The position numbers and the translations under genes were made by a program. The notes below the pieces were generated by a model, which saw only the letters and a list, made by a program, of their open reading frames with translations, made no database searches and had not been told where the DNA came from. From NCBI GenBank assembly GCA_013265495.1, contig MU057640.1:877303-941302 (forward strand): a stretch of DNA of 64,000 nucleotides. Direction: 5' to 3'. Positions 51,901-64,000 of the stretch are shown here, in pieces. This stretch comes from Vicugna vicugna. Its lineage: Eukaryota. The stretch's first letter is position 1, and every line of letters begins with the position of its first letter.

Positions 51901-53974
51901 GGCTGACATATTTTATAAACTTCCCAAATGATCCTGATGAGTAAAGCTGGCCTCATGTAACCCTTCTTCCCATTGCAAAATCCCCTTCTGGATGGGTTGA
52001 AGCAATTACCCTCTCTCTCTGGTGTAAACCACCTTCCTTCCTGAGTCTGGAAGATCCGGCTTTCCAGATTGTCCTCTTCTATTACCACTAGATTGGGTAG
52101 TGTCACCTTTTCTCATCTGTTCCAGTTAAACTTCCCAGACTATATCTGCATGAATGGCTTTTAAATGGGTCACACCCCCCTTACCATAAGCAATATGTGT
52201 TCTAAGCAGAGACATCACTTAACACACTCATTAGAAGTTGAATACAAACAGATTTCTTCTTGTCACTGATAGGGACTAATGACCATAATGAATGAACACT
52301 TTAATTCAGCCTATTAGAGGTGATGATTAGAGGTGTGATCAAGACCCAACTAATGAATCTTCTAATTGAACTTCACAGCTACATTACTGTTTGGTTTTAC
52401 ATCATTGCAAGGATCTCTTTCAGGGAGTGAGTTATCTGCAAGATGTTAAAACCAGAAAGCTAGGTTTCTGTGCTATCCTGTTATTGCCTTCCAGAGTAAA
52501 AACTGGGAAGAATATCTCAAAGTTTTTCTTTTTAAGGTTGATAGGCTGATCATTTGTTTCCCGAAGGCTAATGAAAAAATTTTGTCAATAAATCTGAACT
52601 CTTGAAGGGAAAGTCTTCATAGAAATCTAAGGAATGTTAATTAGCATGCAGTTAGACCTCATTAATTTGGATTCCATAAACACAAAATTTTTTATAGTTT
52701 GTTAAAAAAATCACAATAAAATTGAACCTTTGTGAAAGGCCCTTTTAAGAAAATTAATGAGATAAATAAAACTGCTCAGGAAATATTTAACCTTAATGAG
52801 TACTCAGTTTGGAAGTTGAAAGGAAACTTGAAGATTATTCAGCTGAGGTGATTTATTCAGTTACACCTGTACTAAACAAAATTAGCACTTAGGGTTCCTC
52901 CCTTCCAGTCCAGAACTCTCTTCATCCTATTGATTATTATTGATAAGGTCTCTTATTAGTCTGATGTATATCTTATTATACGCAATAAATAATAGCTAGT
53001 TACCTATAACCCAGATTTTTTGCCAGGGCACTGGTGGCATAAAGTTTACAGAATCAGTGTTTTGTTTGTTTGCTTTTGCAAACTCACTCTATATTTCTGC
53101 AATTGGTAAAATCTTGATTATATTTGCCAAGAACCCTTAAATTGAACTGCAACTGATCAAAGTGATTCCATTTTATAATGGTGAAGGTTCTGGACTCATG
53201 TTGACTCTCTGAAGATAAAAATTGGAACTATCCCATCCTGCACTGTACATTGGGCTCTCCTGGAGATGGAGCAAATATTACTGCTGAAATTTTTCATAAA
53301 GAAAATGTAACACTCATGGGACTCATGACAGTTTCAAGGGTTCAAGTAGATGCTAAGAAGTATAGCAGAAGGAGATCCCAAGGAGGCAGGTGAGCTGGAT
53401 GCCAGGATGGCTCAGAAGGTGCCATTTACCTAGAGAATTCCCTGGTCTGGGATCTGGCCCTCAGCCTCCAAGCAACCAAGACCTGGTTTATTACAGGCAG
53501 ACCAGATTCATATCTTAGAGGTGGGGATGAAGGACTTACTTTAACAAAGCTTAGAGATGCTGATTCATAAAATCTTGTATGTAAATGTATTAATGAAACC
53601 AGCAATCAGACCGCAAGCCTCACGTCTGTAGTACCTATCACTCTGTTACAAATTTCCAGGGAGTCAAATCTAACCAGCAGATTGCTCGGTGGCCATTAAA
53701 GTAGATTAAGGGTGATTAGTGATACATTTTAATGGTATATCTACAATAGGGATGGAGCAGACACGTTCCCTGCCTGCTTCGCATCAAAACTTCCCTTTCT
53801 TTTTCCTGTCAGCACGTATCCCTCATGGAGCTGCAAATAGGGTTAAAGGGATTGACTCCACTTCCAAAGGTAGATCCTTTCTGGATTAAGCCAGTTAGCA
53901 CACAGCATTTCTCTTGCCAGAGTAATTGGATACAGGGCTCCTATGGGATGAAGTTGACGCAATCAGTGAAGCTT

Positions 53975-53979
<5 letters not shown>

Positions 53980-54012
<33 letters not shown>
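53980..54012. repeat. T33 homopolymer
   Basis: Directly visible. Confidence 0.95.
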
Positions 54013-54013
<1 letters not shown>

Positions 54014-56047
54014 AGAGGAGCTTTCCATTTGCCACACAACCTATTCATGATTGTGTTTGGGTGAATGTAAAAGTAAATTCAACTAAACAATTTAAATGGA
54101 TTAAGTTTCTTTTTCCATCCCATTAAGTAATCAAGAAGAAAAGTTGCAGGTAACCACTGTCATTTGTTCAGAGGCTTAAAAAGGTCAGATCTAAAGTCTT
54201 AGCAATTCTCCTGGCCTTTCCCTCATGAGCATAAGATGACTTCTGTAGCTTCAGTAATTATTACTATGTCCTGAGAGTAAGAAGGAGGAAGGTATAAGAA
54301 GGAAGAGCAGCACTTTGGAAAGCAAAACTTTAAAAAAAAATAATCAGCAGACTTACATTGTCTCATTGGCAATGTCATTTGGCCATCTCTAGATGCTAAG
54401 AAGTTTGGGGACTGTAGCATTTCAGCTGAGTCATTTAAAAAAAACAGATGTTCCCATTAGTTGGGAAGAAAATTAAGATGTGTAATGGATAACACTATAA
54501 AGATTTTTGCAAAAAAGAATTGAAAAATCTTGTAAGTTTTTTGGCATGTAAAAATCATGATAATAGCGATAATGGAAGAAATATTTTTCTTCCAAGTTAT
54601 GAGTTGATGGTCAGCTCTCTGCGACATACTTGGATTTGATTTCAGATAAATTAATGGAAGCAACTGAGGATCACAGAAGTGGGTGACAAGGAATCAGTAT
54701 CCTCTTACAGGGTCTCCAGGTGTGAGTGAGCAATGAGTCATCTGAATCCTCCCACATGTCTCCACTTCTCAGTGTTCCATTCTTTTCATCCCAATGCCTT
54801 TCACTTAAGGAGCCCAGCAAGCCTGTGAATTCAGCCTATGTTGTAATTCAACAAATCACAGGATCAGAGCATATGTTTGATGCCCAGTTTCATCAACCTG
54901 GTGGCTGTAAGAGATGATAAGATTAAGGCCAGTCACACAAATTCTCTTATTTTCTGAGACTACACTGAGGCAAGAACTGAAAACCTTGAGCCTGTTTTCT
55001 TTGGCTTTCTTTAAGCTCTCTAGTGCAATTACATGTAGCTAGTACAACCCCATTTCTTTAAAATATTGTAAGAAAGCAGCCACTTGAGCCCACTGAAGCC
55101 TTGTCTCCAAGAGGCACTTCACTCCGATTAACCACAGCCAATGTTTAAGAAAATGTTTCACTCCGCATGCCTTCAAACCCAACTAAATTAAGTAACTAAC
55201 CTCAGATTCCCATTTCCTTAATAACCTGTTACGTGAAAACATTTTCAGCGCCAATTACTATTCTCAGTGGCAAAACATTATTGCCGAAACCCAGAATCTT
55301 CTTTAACCAGGCTAAGTGGAAAGATGAATAAAGGCAGCTCACAGAATCTCTGGAAGGGCCTGGGAACCAGACATGGATGCTGCAGAGCCGGAAACAACCC
55401 AGATAGGAAAACACACTACATCACACATCGACACTGATGCTTATCATGTGATGCCAATGCTGCTCGGTTCCGGATCCTAGGAACCCTGTCACAGCCACCC
55501 CAGGAGAACCATATCCATTTAGAAATGTGTCTGCCATAGCCCGTGTGCACGAACGAGAAAGAATATAGCAGTCATTCTTGCTGTTGGTAAATACCTTATG
55601 GACATGAGGAAAGCCAATCCTAGGTTCCAGCTGACAGTGAGGGAGGCTGATCACAAACGGAAAGAAAGGGGAATCTTTGAAATATCATTGAGCTAGTCTA
55701 TCAAAGCAACCTAAAAAACTATTGTACCTTGAATTTTCCAGTGAGGTGAGTGAATGGATTTATTAGATTTGCCTTTTTTTTTTTTTTGAGGTTGGAAGGG
55801 CATGTTTTATTGTTTACATCTCCATTTGATCAATGAGAAAACATACTTGGCAATGCCAGGCAACTTGCTAAAAGCCATACAGTTAAGAGGATAAAATCAA
55901 GATCTGAACTTGAGTCTCTCTGACTCCAGACCTAGCTAGTGTCTAACAGTGATTAAGACATAGCAAAGAGAAATAAGAATCTTCATCTGAATGGCTAGCT
56001 TCATACACACACACACACACACATATATATATTTCCTGGGATCATGT

Positions 56048-56160
56048 GTTTTATTTTTTCCTTTTTCATTGTGGTTTATTACAGGATATTGACTATAATT
56101 CCCTATGCTATATAGTAGGATCTTATTCATTTATTTTATATATAGTGGTTTGTATTTGCA
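56048..56160 (-). mobile_element. LINE-1 3' UTR fragment
   Basis: ttcattgtggtttattacaggatattgactataattccctatgctatatagtaggatc. Confidence 0.8.
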
Positions 56161-56920
56161 AACCTACACATTTTTAAAAATGTACTTGATTCTTTGGCCG
56201 GCAATATTTGTAACCACATCTGAGTCAACTCTAGTTCTGCCATTTGAATTTGGCTACCTAAAGTTTGCAACATGGGGTCCTGGTTGATTTAAGAGACACA
56301 CCTACCAATCAGACATGCAGACCATGTCTTTGGGCGAGGGTGTTCTTTTTCCTGTACGGTGCTTGAATGAGTACTTCCAACTTGTGGCTTATCAGGTTTC
56401 TACTTTCTGTTCCAGTGGGTTGGTTGAGCTTAATGATGTGAAGTTAATTCAAAATTTAAGTGTAAATTGTATCATGAAAATATTAGAATAAAAAAATTGA
56501 AGTCTAGTTAATCTTGGAGATAGAACAAGATAGGAGACCTTACATCACAAAAGGGAAACAGACATGCTTGATTATTCAAAAAATATGGCCAAGATACTCA
56601 AACCAAAAATAAGACAAGGAACGGAGTGGAAAATATCTGCTTAACATGTAACAAAGGGTTGACATCTCTCACACACAAAGTTTCTGTAAATTGATAAGAA
56701 AAAACAAGCCACTCAATAGGAAAAAGGGCAAAGTATATAAACAGGCTAGTGGTCAAAGACTGCATGAAAACAGACAAGAAATGCAAGAAAATGAGCTCAG
56801 TCTCACTAGTAGTTAGCAACGAGGAAATATTTTTCACGAAAATTTCACAAGTATTTTACAAATGATAACATTCAGTGAGATGAAGGCTAGTGAGCAGAAC
56901 AAACACGTTGCTGGGGGAAC

Positions 56921-57565
56921 ACAGCCAATTCTTATAGTTTGTGGTTTCCATATTTACAAGTTCACTAACTTGCTACAATTTACTTGTAACCCCCATATCA
57001 ATACTTGGCAGTGCTTTTGCAAGTCATATGCAGTCATTCGTGGACAAGTGCAGAATGGTAGAAATTTGAGAGTCATTCAATATGTACTTTTCCAACTGAG
57101 GTCAAGCAAGGCGATCTTTTGTTTTCTTGTTTCAGCTCTCATACTATAAACAAGTGTCCTTTTCACCATCTATTTAGTGAATGTTTCCTGCAGTTTTTTT
57201 TTCTTAAAAGTGATCTTGCTGTTTTAAATGGCCTCCAAACCTTATGCTGAAGTGCTGTCTTCTAAACACGAGAAGACTGTGGTGTGCTTTCAGAGAAAAT
57301 ACGTGTGTTAAACTTTGTGCAGGTGTGAGTTATAGTGCTGTCGGCTGAGTTCAGTGTTAATGAACCAACAATATATAATAAATAAGCTGTCTTGAAACAG
57401 AAACACAGAAGACAAGGTTATGTATTGATTGGCTGACAAAAAAGGTTGGGGCCCGAAGCTTGTAGGAACCTAACCTTGTATTTCTTCTAATGATTTAGCA
57501 TTCACTACTTCAGTGTTCACAAGGACTTTTATAGGACATCATAAAGTGGAATGATAATCAACTGT
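56921..57565 (-). mobile_element. MER82-like TcMar-Tigger element inserted in an old L1M (flanks ~56500-56920 and ~57570-58310)
   Basis: cttgtttcagctctcatactataaacaagtgtcctttt...cagagaaaatacgtgtgtta...aaggttatgtattgattggctgacaaaa...aatcaactgta. Confidence 0.8.
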
Positions 57566-60111
57566 AATTTGCCCCAATCTTTTAGGAAAGTAATATTCCA
57601 ATACTAACACAATTAAGAATGAATATAGCTTTTGACCCAGAAATACCATTTCTGCAAATCTATCCTCCCCAATTAGAAGCATTGTTTATAATGGCAACAA
57701 AATAAAACACACAACATTAGGAAATCTCCTGAATGTTCATTGATGGGGAAATTCTTGAACATCTTCATATATCCATACTGTGGAGAATTATACAATTTAA
57801 AGGGATTTATATATAAATTTCTTCGAAGTTTTTTTCAACTTCTTCTTATGGTACTTGGTAACAATTGTGCCCATATTTAGCCTGAGATGGAGTTTACCAA
57901 CTTAGATGGAGCTGGCCTACATTTCCAAGAGATCTGACACGTGCATGTGTGTATGTGTGTGTGTGTACACATACCTATATATATACTTTTTTTCAACCTA
58001 GAGGGTTTTCTCTTAAGACTTGAGACATATACATTTCAAAATAACATATATAATATGATCCAGTTTATAAAAATAAACAACGAAAGCAAAATGACAATCA
58101 CCACCACCACCACCTGGCATAACTGTATCTGTGTCTGTGTCTGAACGAGCACCGTGGAGAGCGCAGTAGCAGGGTGCTCCCTGGCTCCTTGTACTGTTAC
58201 CTTCGGGTAGAAGAAACAGAGGGTCAGGTAAGATTTACTTCTCTTTGACCATATTTGCATCCTTAGTTACAACAAACACATTACATTTTTTTACTTAAAG
58301 AGAAAGTATAAAAAAGAAAACTCAGTTGAATAGAGAGAAAGAAAATGCAGATTCTTTGACCCCACCCCAAATTGTCAGTGTCTGTGCAATGAAGCTCCAG
58401 AAGCTGCATTTTCATAGGCACCCCGGGAGATTCCTAGGCTGGTGGTCTTCTCGCCACGCTGTGAGAACCCAGCTCTGGGCTGGCATCACCCTTCTGTCCA
58501 CACAGTCTTCCTATGGGAACACAACCAGTGAGGCTTGTCACAGCTAAAAGCAACCATCCACCCGTTCCACTTCCGGGAGATCGCTCACATATCACCTTGA
58601 TTGGAGTTCTGGGTGTCTTCAAACTCTTCAACCATGCATTGATTGAAAATCTGTTACTTTCCTACCCCAGATGGCTAATGGCATCCGTTGTGTGTGGGTT
58701 TACCTCATTTAACCCTCAGGGGGCACCTTGATTTTCCTTATCTTCAAGCTGTTAGAGGAAGGGGTCTGCTGCCAGCCCCATAAACCAAGAACTCTGTCAT
58801 TTTCCTATGACATCTGTTTTAGGAGAAGTCATCACTATAGACACGCCTCCCTGCTCCCTGGATAGACAAGATACAGTCTGTTTCCATTGCTGAAGGAAGG
58901 ACTTAGATAATCCTTACCAAAGTTAAAGTTCTTTCTTTCTTTCCTACATTTACAACGTAAATGTTTCTTCCCTCCAAAAGCAAACACAGCCTCAGACCAT
59001 GGAATTGCTAAAGAGAACTGCGACCCAGGTTCCTTATTTCAATTTACCTGTTCCTAGTCAGCGAGTATCATTCTGAACTTACTTTCGTTACTGTTTCCTT
59101 AGTACCGAAATTGTGAGACCTGCAATTTAATGTGCATGTGCTCGTATTTTCCTTTACACGTTAGTGAAACGATCTTCAACTACCTTATTGCATTTCACAT
59201 TTAAAGAGCCTGGAAAGAAACTTGCCTTGCACAGAAGGATTCTGCTCTCCCTTCAATAATGAGATTGGAAAGTCATTGTGTCAGGGCTGTGCCTCATACT
59301 TGTTTTGCTGTCCCCGTAGTAACTCTTAAGAGGAGTTAGGACAAATGGCAAAGCCTGCCTGCTCTAAATCCATCTCTGCTTCCTTCATAATATATATGAC
59401 ATCTTTGCATTTAGAGAGAGCGTGATCCGACAGCTAAAGCACTGGGCAGCATCCAGCGAGGCTGGCTAGACTAAAAGTGATTCCTTGGTCTGGGTGAGAC
59501 ATTGCACTTTACCAAATGAGGCTTTGAGGATATCACTCAATCTCTTTGACATGAAAATGCTATTTCCTTGGAACAAACTAGATTTGGTGTTCATTTAATT
59601 CTCAAAAGAGAATTTGGCTCCACTGTATAAGGTAGAACGTTTGCTTCTGAGGACTGTTGGTATGAAATCTTTATATGAGAGAACGGACACTGAGTGGAAT
59701 ATGATACTATTTCAGTATGGAGGATACTTTGTCTTCCAGAACCTCAGGAAGACCTTCAGAAAATCTGGGAAGTTGAAAGCAGAACTCTGAATTCCCTCTC
59801 TTTATGTCCTCACCTCTGTCAACAAGGCAGCAGCCCTCCAAGGGCTTAGAAATAGACACAGCCCCAAAAAGATAATGGACAGACTGAAGATCATGCCTCT
59901 GATTGGCTGGAAGTCAGGAATGAGTTCAAACAGGCTTGAATAAGAACACTGCCCGGAAAAGGAAGAGTGGATAGCAGCCCCTGGTGTCTGAAGCACAACT
60001 GAGGCAAGTTGCAGAGAGTCTGACAGAGAAATGAATAACAAAGAGCAAAACTGGGACTTTTCTCTGGTCTTTGTTACCTGAAACTCACTAGTGGGAGGGC
60101 TTCACGGGGTA

Positions 60112-60265
60112 CTGGTAAGAGCTCTAGCCTAGAAAATAGAACAATTTAGTTCAGTCCTGGCTCTGCCTCTTACAAGTAGGGTGATTTCATGCGAATCACC
60201 ATCTCTCAAATCTCATTTTTTCCTCATATGTAAAATGGGAATAACTTCAATATCACATTGCTCTT
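60112..60265 (+). mobile_element. MIR SINE
   Basis: gttcagtcctggctctgcctcttacaagtagggtga...ttcctcatatgtaaaatgggaataa. Confidence 0.75.
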
Positions 60266-60834
60266 AAAGCCTGGTGACAAGACAGCCTTTGACTTTTACC
60301 AGCGTCTTTCTTTACCCCCTTTCTGATAAAGGAATGTTCCTCCAGATATTACAGGTATAATGAAATAATTATACTATCAATTGCTACTTAAAGTTTTTTT
60401 TCTGCCAACATTTGCAGCCAGATAGATGCCTGAATTATATCTCAATAGCATTTCAGAAAGTTAGCTCACATTATTTGATTCTTGTAGCTGATTTCTAAAT
60501 ATAAGAGTTTGTAATATATGTATATATACATACACACATATATATGCAAATATATAAAATGTAAAATACATGTTTAGAAATTAGCCACAAGGATTTTTTA
60601 TATATATGTATGTGTGTATATACATGTATATATGTGTATATATGTGTAGGTTATGGGTACATATACGTAGGTTAGAAGGAAAGTGTGAACTTATTTTTGA
60701 AGCAGTGTTTTTTTTTTTCTTTTTTTCTGGCCAAGAAAAAGATCCCCATTATACCCTACCCAAATGACTCAACATAACTCAGAAAGGCATGAAAGAAAAG
60801 TGGCTGCTCTATCCCAGAAATACATCAGCTCCAG

Positions 60835-61568
60835 TGTTACTGCCAGAGAAGCCGACATCCCAGAACCGGCTTTATCATCAGCAGCTACCTCTTGAGCACA
60901 GCGCCGTGACTCACAGTCTCAAGGAGGAAGTCAGGTCATTAAGAAAAAGCTATGCTCAACAGACTCTTTAATAATAAAACAGAGAGAAGATGTCAAATAA
61001 AAAGAAATCTCGACTTAGATAAGAACCTTATTTTAAAAGACTATTTCAAAAATGAAGGGGAATTAGTGCAACGGGGCCAATGCTCAGACCCTAAGATCAA
61101 TAAGCCTCTGCCCGATCAAAGGTCAGGCAGAAAGGGCTTCTCTTTAATAGAGAGAGATGAACAAGGCCGGGAGGAGGGCAGCGGGGGGAGGGAGTGAGCA
61201 GGGGGAATCTGCTGATTCTCAGGAAGGGCCGTTAAGGAGGGACTGCCCTGTGTTCCAAAGCTTACTCAATCTCAGGGGTGAGTGGAGGCCTCTGGGCTTA
61301 ACTAAGGTTGGTCATGTCAAATTAGCAGGCATTTTGTCAGTGGGGCACATTCACATAATCATTTATGAGAACGAGAATAGGATTGCGGAGGGCTTGTGTC
61401 TGGCCTCATCATAGGTAAAGGAGGGGGTCTTCTAGGAGTCTTATGTGAGTCATATGGGGGAGGTGATTCAGCAGTCAGCTGTTTCCCAAAACACAAAAGG
61501 GTGGGGGGTGTTCTCTTAGTCGGCACTGTTCCAGAATCACAGGGCTCAGGTGAAGTTCAACACTGTCA
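60835..61568 (-). mobile_element. ERV1-type LTR (MER31/MER67-like; boundaries approximate)
   Basis: TG...CA bounded block with cttattttaaaagactatt, ggagggcttgtgtctggcc and the terminal agggctcaggtgaagttcaacactgtca seen in this LTR group. Confidence 0.55.
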
Positions 61569-62699
61569 GTGGTTAAGAAAAATTTCCACTTAAGTCCCAA
61601 ACCACTCTTGTTTGTGAATAAACTCATCTACCTGGAGCTGTCTGCCATCTAGACGTTGGGTAACTGCAGCTGCCGATGTGTTATGGTCTGGGCACTAGTC
61701 TAGAAGTCTGCCCTCACCTACTGTCTCCCAGGACTCTGTTCATGAGGATTTGATGATGATGCAAAGGTCTCTGGGAAGAAGGGCCTACTTTCCCACTGGA
61801 CGGTGCTGGTACCCAGGGGCTTCGTAGGGCCCTCTGGCCAGCGTGGGTGGACAACACAGCAGAGTGCAGCCTGAGACAGGCAAGAAAATTCTGAGCTGTG
61901 ACTCCCCTCACGTCCAGTCTGGTTTCAGGGCCTCTCTCTTGACCCGTTTCAGAACATCAAAGGGGCATTCATAGAAAGTCCGGAGTCCAGCCCATTTCAC
62001 GGTTTTTCATGGGGAATAGACAGGCATAGTGGTAAGAACCGGGAAAGCAGCTCAAAGATGCTAAGATTCTTTTCCGCCAAGAAGAAAACTAGCTAACCAC
62101 AGCCCTAACAATTAAGCCCCTAGGATTAGGACAAGCAGTTACTATAAAGTAACCCAGGGGACTGCGAGTCTCCCAGCTTTGGTCTCCTCTCCGTTCCTTC
62201 TCACTTTACTCCTTTACCTAGGCGATGGGATACAATTAGTTTATAGGCCTAATTGGAGGGGCTTTCAAAAGGGATAAATAAATGGTCAAGTACCTGTGTA
62301 TGGTCCTGCCTTTGAATGTTCTCTCTCCATTCAGAAGATGATGTAAATGGGTAGAAAAGATGCTCTTGTCCCTCCCTTGATATACAGGATACCAGCTGAC
62401 ATCCACTGGAACTTGGCCTGTCCCACCATCGGGGAAGTTGAATTCTTTTACTCTGGCACGAGCCTACAAAAGGGGTTGTTTTACGGGTTTGTATTCACCA
62501 AAAAACCCCCAGAGACTCACTCCTAGATGGCATATACTAATCTGGGCGTTTTCTTTTATCTTCCCAAATTAAGGACGGTGACAAACACAAACTGGGAAAC
62601 ACACATTGATTAAGCATAAAGGAGAGATGTGTCACAGAAAGCAAGAGCACAAAACTGTAAAAGAAAAAAATTATTAAATCTCTGATGTTTCCCTGGAAA

Positions 62700-63260
62700 A
62701 TTCCCCAAAATAACATGCCTGCCAAGTTTTGAAAAATCTCAGCCATATCCAGCTACCCACAGCATCTATTCACAGCGCCTGTCGACAAAAACACTACCTC
62801 CGTAGCCCCACATAAATCATAACACAATCTGCCTCCAGTTTCCCTATTACCCTCCCCTCTGATGAAATTGTTGGCCGCCAACACAGGCAATCAGCAAGGT
62901 CAGCTTGACTGAAGTGAGTCTTTGATTAGGTGAAGCAATCAATATAACTATAAGATTAGACAGCTAATTGTGGGTGTTTAGCATAATTAGCATTGTCACA
63001 TCCCCAAAGTATTGCCCAGTGATTCAGGGTTGGAATTCTTGGTGGCGAACCCTCAGAATGGACACGGAGGGAGCGGTGTGCGTTGGTGGCGTCAGGTGGG
63101 CATAGCAATTTCTATTTATTTATTTTTTATGTCTGACCTTTCCCGGGCAAGAGATTTATGGCTCCAGGCATTCTTCCCCAGCTAACGTGCCGTTCCATAC
63201 TGGTTTCTTCGGTGACAGCTTTCAATATTTGCAGGTCCATCTTGAGATAAAACCTTGCTG
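62700..63260. promoter_or_regulatory. Candidate conserved enhancer
   Basis: Repeat-free block with locally retained CpGs and clustered PBX-HOX, TCF/LEF, nuclear-receptor and homeodomain motifs. Function is inferred only. Confidence 0.35.
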
Positions 63261-63669
63261 TTTGACCATCCATCTCTCTCAGGTTATAGCAAAGCTAGAT
63301 TCACCTGTAATGACCATACTGGCCAGGTCTACTTTTGAATTTTAATCTTATGCATCCTCACTACCTGCTCCTCTCCTTACTTTCCAAAGCTTGATGTAAT
63401 ATTTAACATTAACTTTGTTCCTTAGCATCAGAGAAGGAGCAAATGATACCTTGGCCTTCTTTTTCCTTTTCTAACATCAGGGCAGCCAGGTGAGCCGCAG
63501 TCCTAAATTCAGGGGCCATCTGAAAGCAGGGTCTTTCCCAGGTGACCCCAGTATCTCAGGTCTAAGATGATTGGGGTCATCACGGATTTCAGGAAATTGA
63601 CATCATCTATTGCATTGTATCGTCTCTCTTGGCTATTCAATTCAACTTCTTCCTTTCTAGCTGCATCCT

Positions 63670-64000
63670 TCCCATCAGCATTTAAACCTGTTCAAATAGC
63701 TCCCACCTAACATAAGGTATTTCCTAGTCCTGAAATCCCTGTATTCCTCCAGCTACCATCCTCTTACTCTCTTCACAGCTAATTTGAAGGAAGCATCCAT
63801 ATCCACATGTCAATTTCCTTATCTTCCACTCACTGGTTAGCTACCAATTTGACTTCATACCCTACAGCTTCCCTGAAACAATGCTGCAAAGGTCACTTGT
63901 AGCTCCAAGTCTCTAAATCCAAACTATATTTTCAGTCCTCTTTATACTTGATATTTTAGTAGCCCCTGACACATTGACCACTTCCTCCTCCTCGAAACAC
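63670..64000 (+). mobile_element. L2 ORF2 (reverse transcriptase) relic, continuing off the window
   Basis: The end cttgatattttagtagcccctgacacattgaccacttcctcctcctcgaaacac resembles the decayed L2/CR1 motif LDLSAAFDTVDHSLLLE. Confidence 0.75.

Noticed and set aside
1..64000. CRISPR array, operon, prokaryotic defence system or intact provirus
   Set aside because: There are no regularly spaced repeats or gene-dense regions. All LTRs are solo or fragmentary and of different families, with no gag/pol/env between them.

Overview
This is mammalian non-coding DNA (intergenic or a large intron), most likely from a camelid, judging by three tRNA-Ala-derived SINEs of the vic-1 type. I found no recognisable protein-coding exon, RNA gene, CpG-island promoter, CRISPR array or prokaryotic system. 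The supplied ORFs are short chance frames, microsatellite read-throughs or decayed LINE fragments. Much of the window is layered transposon fossils: L1 (ancient L1M and younger 3' ends), L2, MIR, MaLR/ERVL/ERV1 solo LTRs, and hAT-Charlie and Tigger MITEs. Several are nested and keep their target-site duplications (TSDs). Family names are from my recall of consensus sequences, not from a database search, and most boundaries are approximate. Three features are not explained by known repeats: (1) a ~380-bp segment duplicated 2,860 bp downstream into the middle of an L2, with a ~118-bp motif-rich core far better conserved than the rest; (2) a ~240-bp polyadenylated, antisense retrocopy-like insert of unknown origin inside another L2; (3) repeat-free, motif-dense blocks that look like developmental enhancers, the best at 62.7-63.3 kb. 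I cannot support a claim of a novel biological system here.
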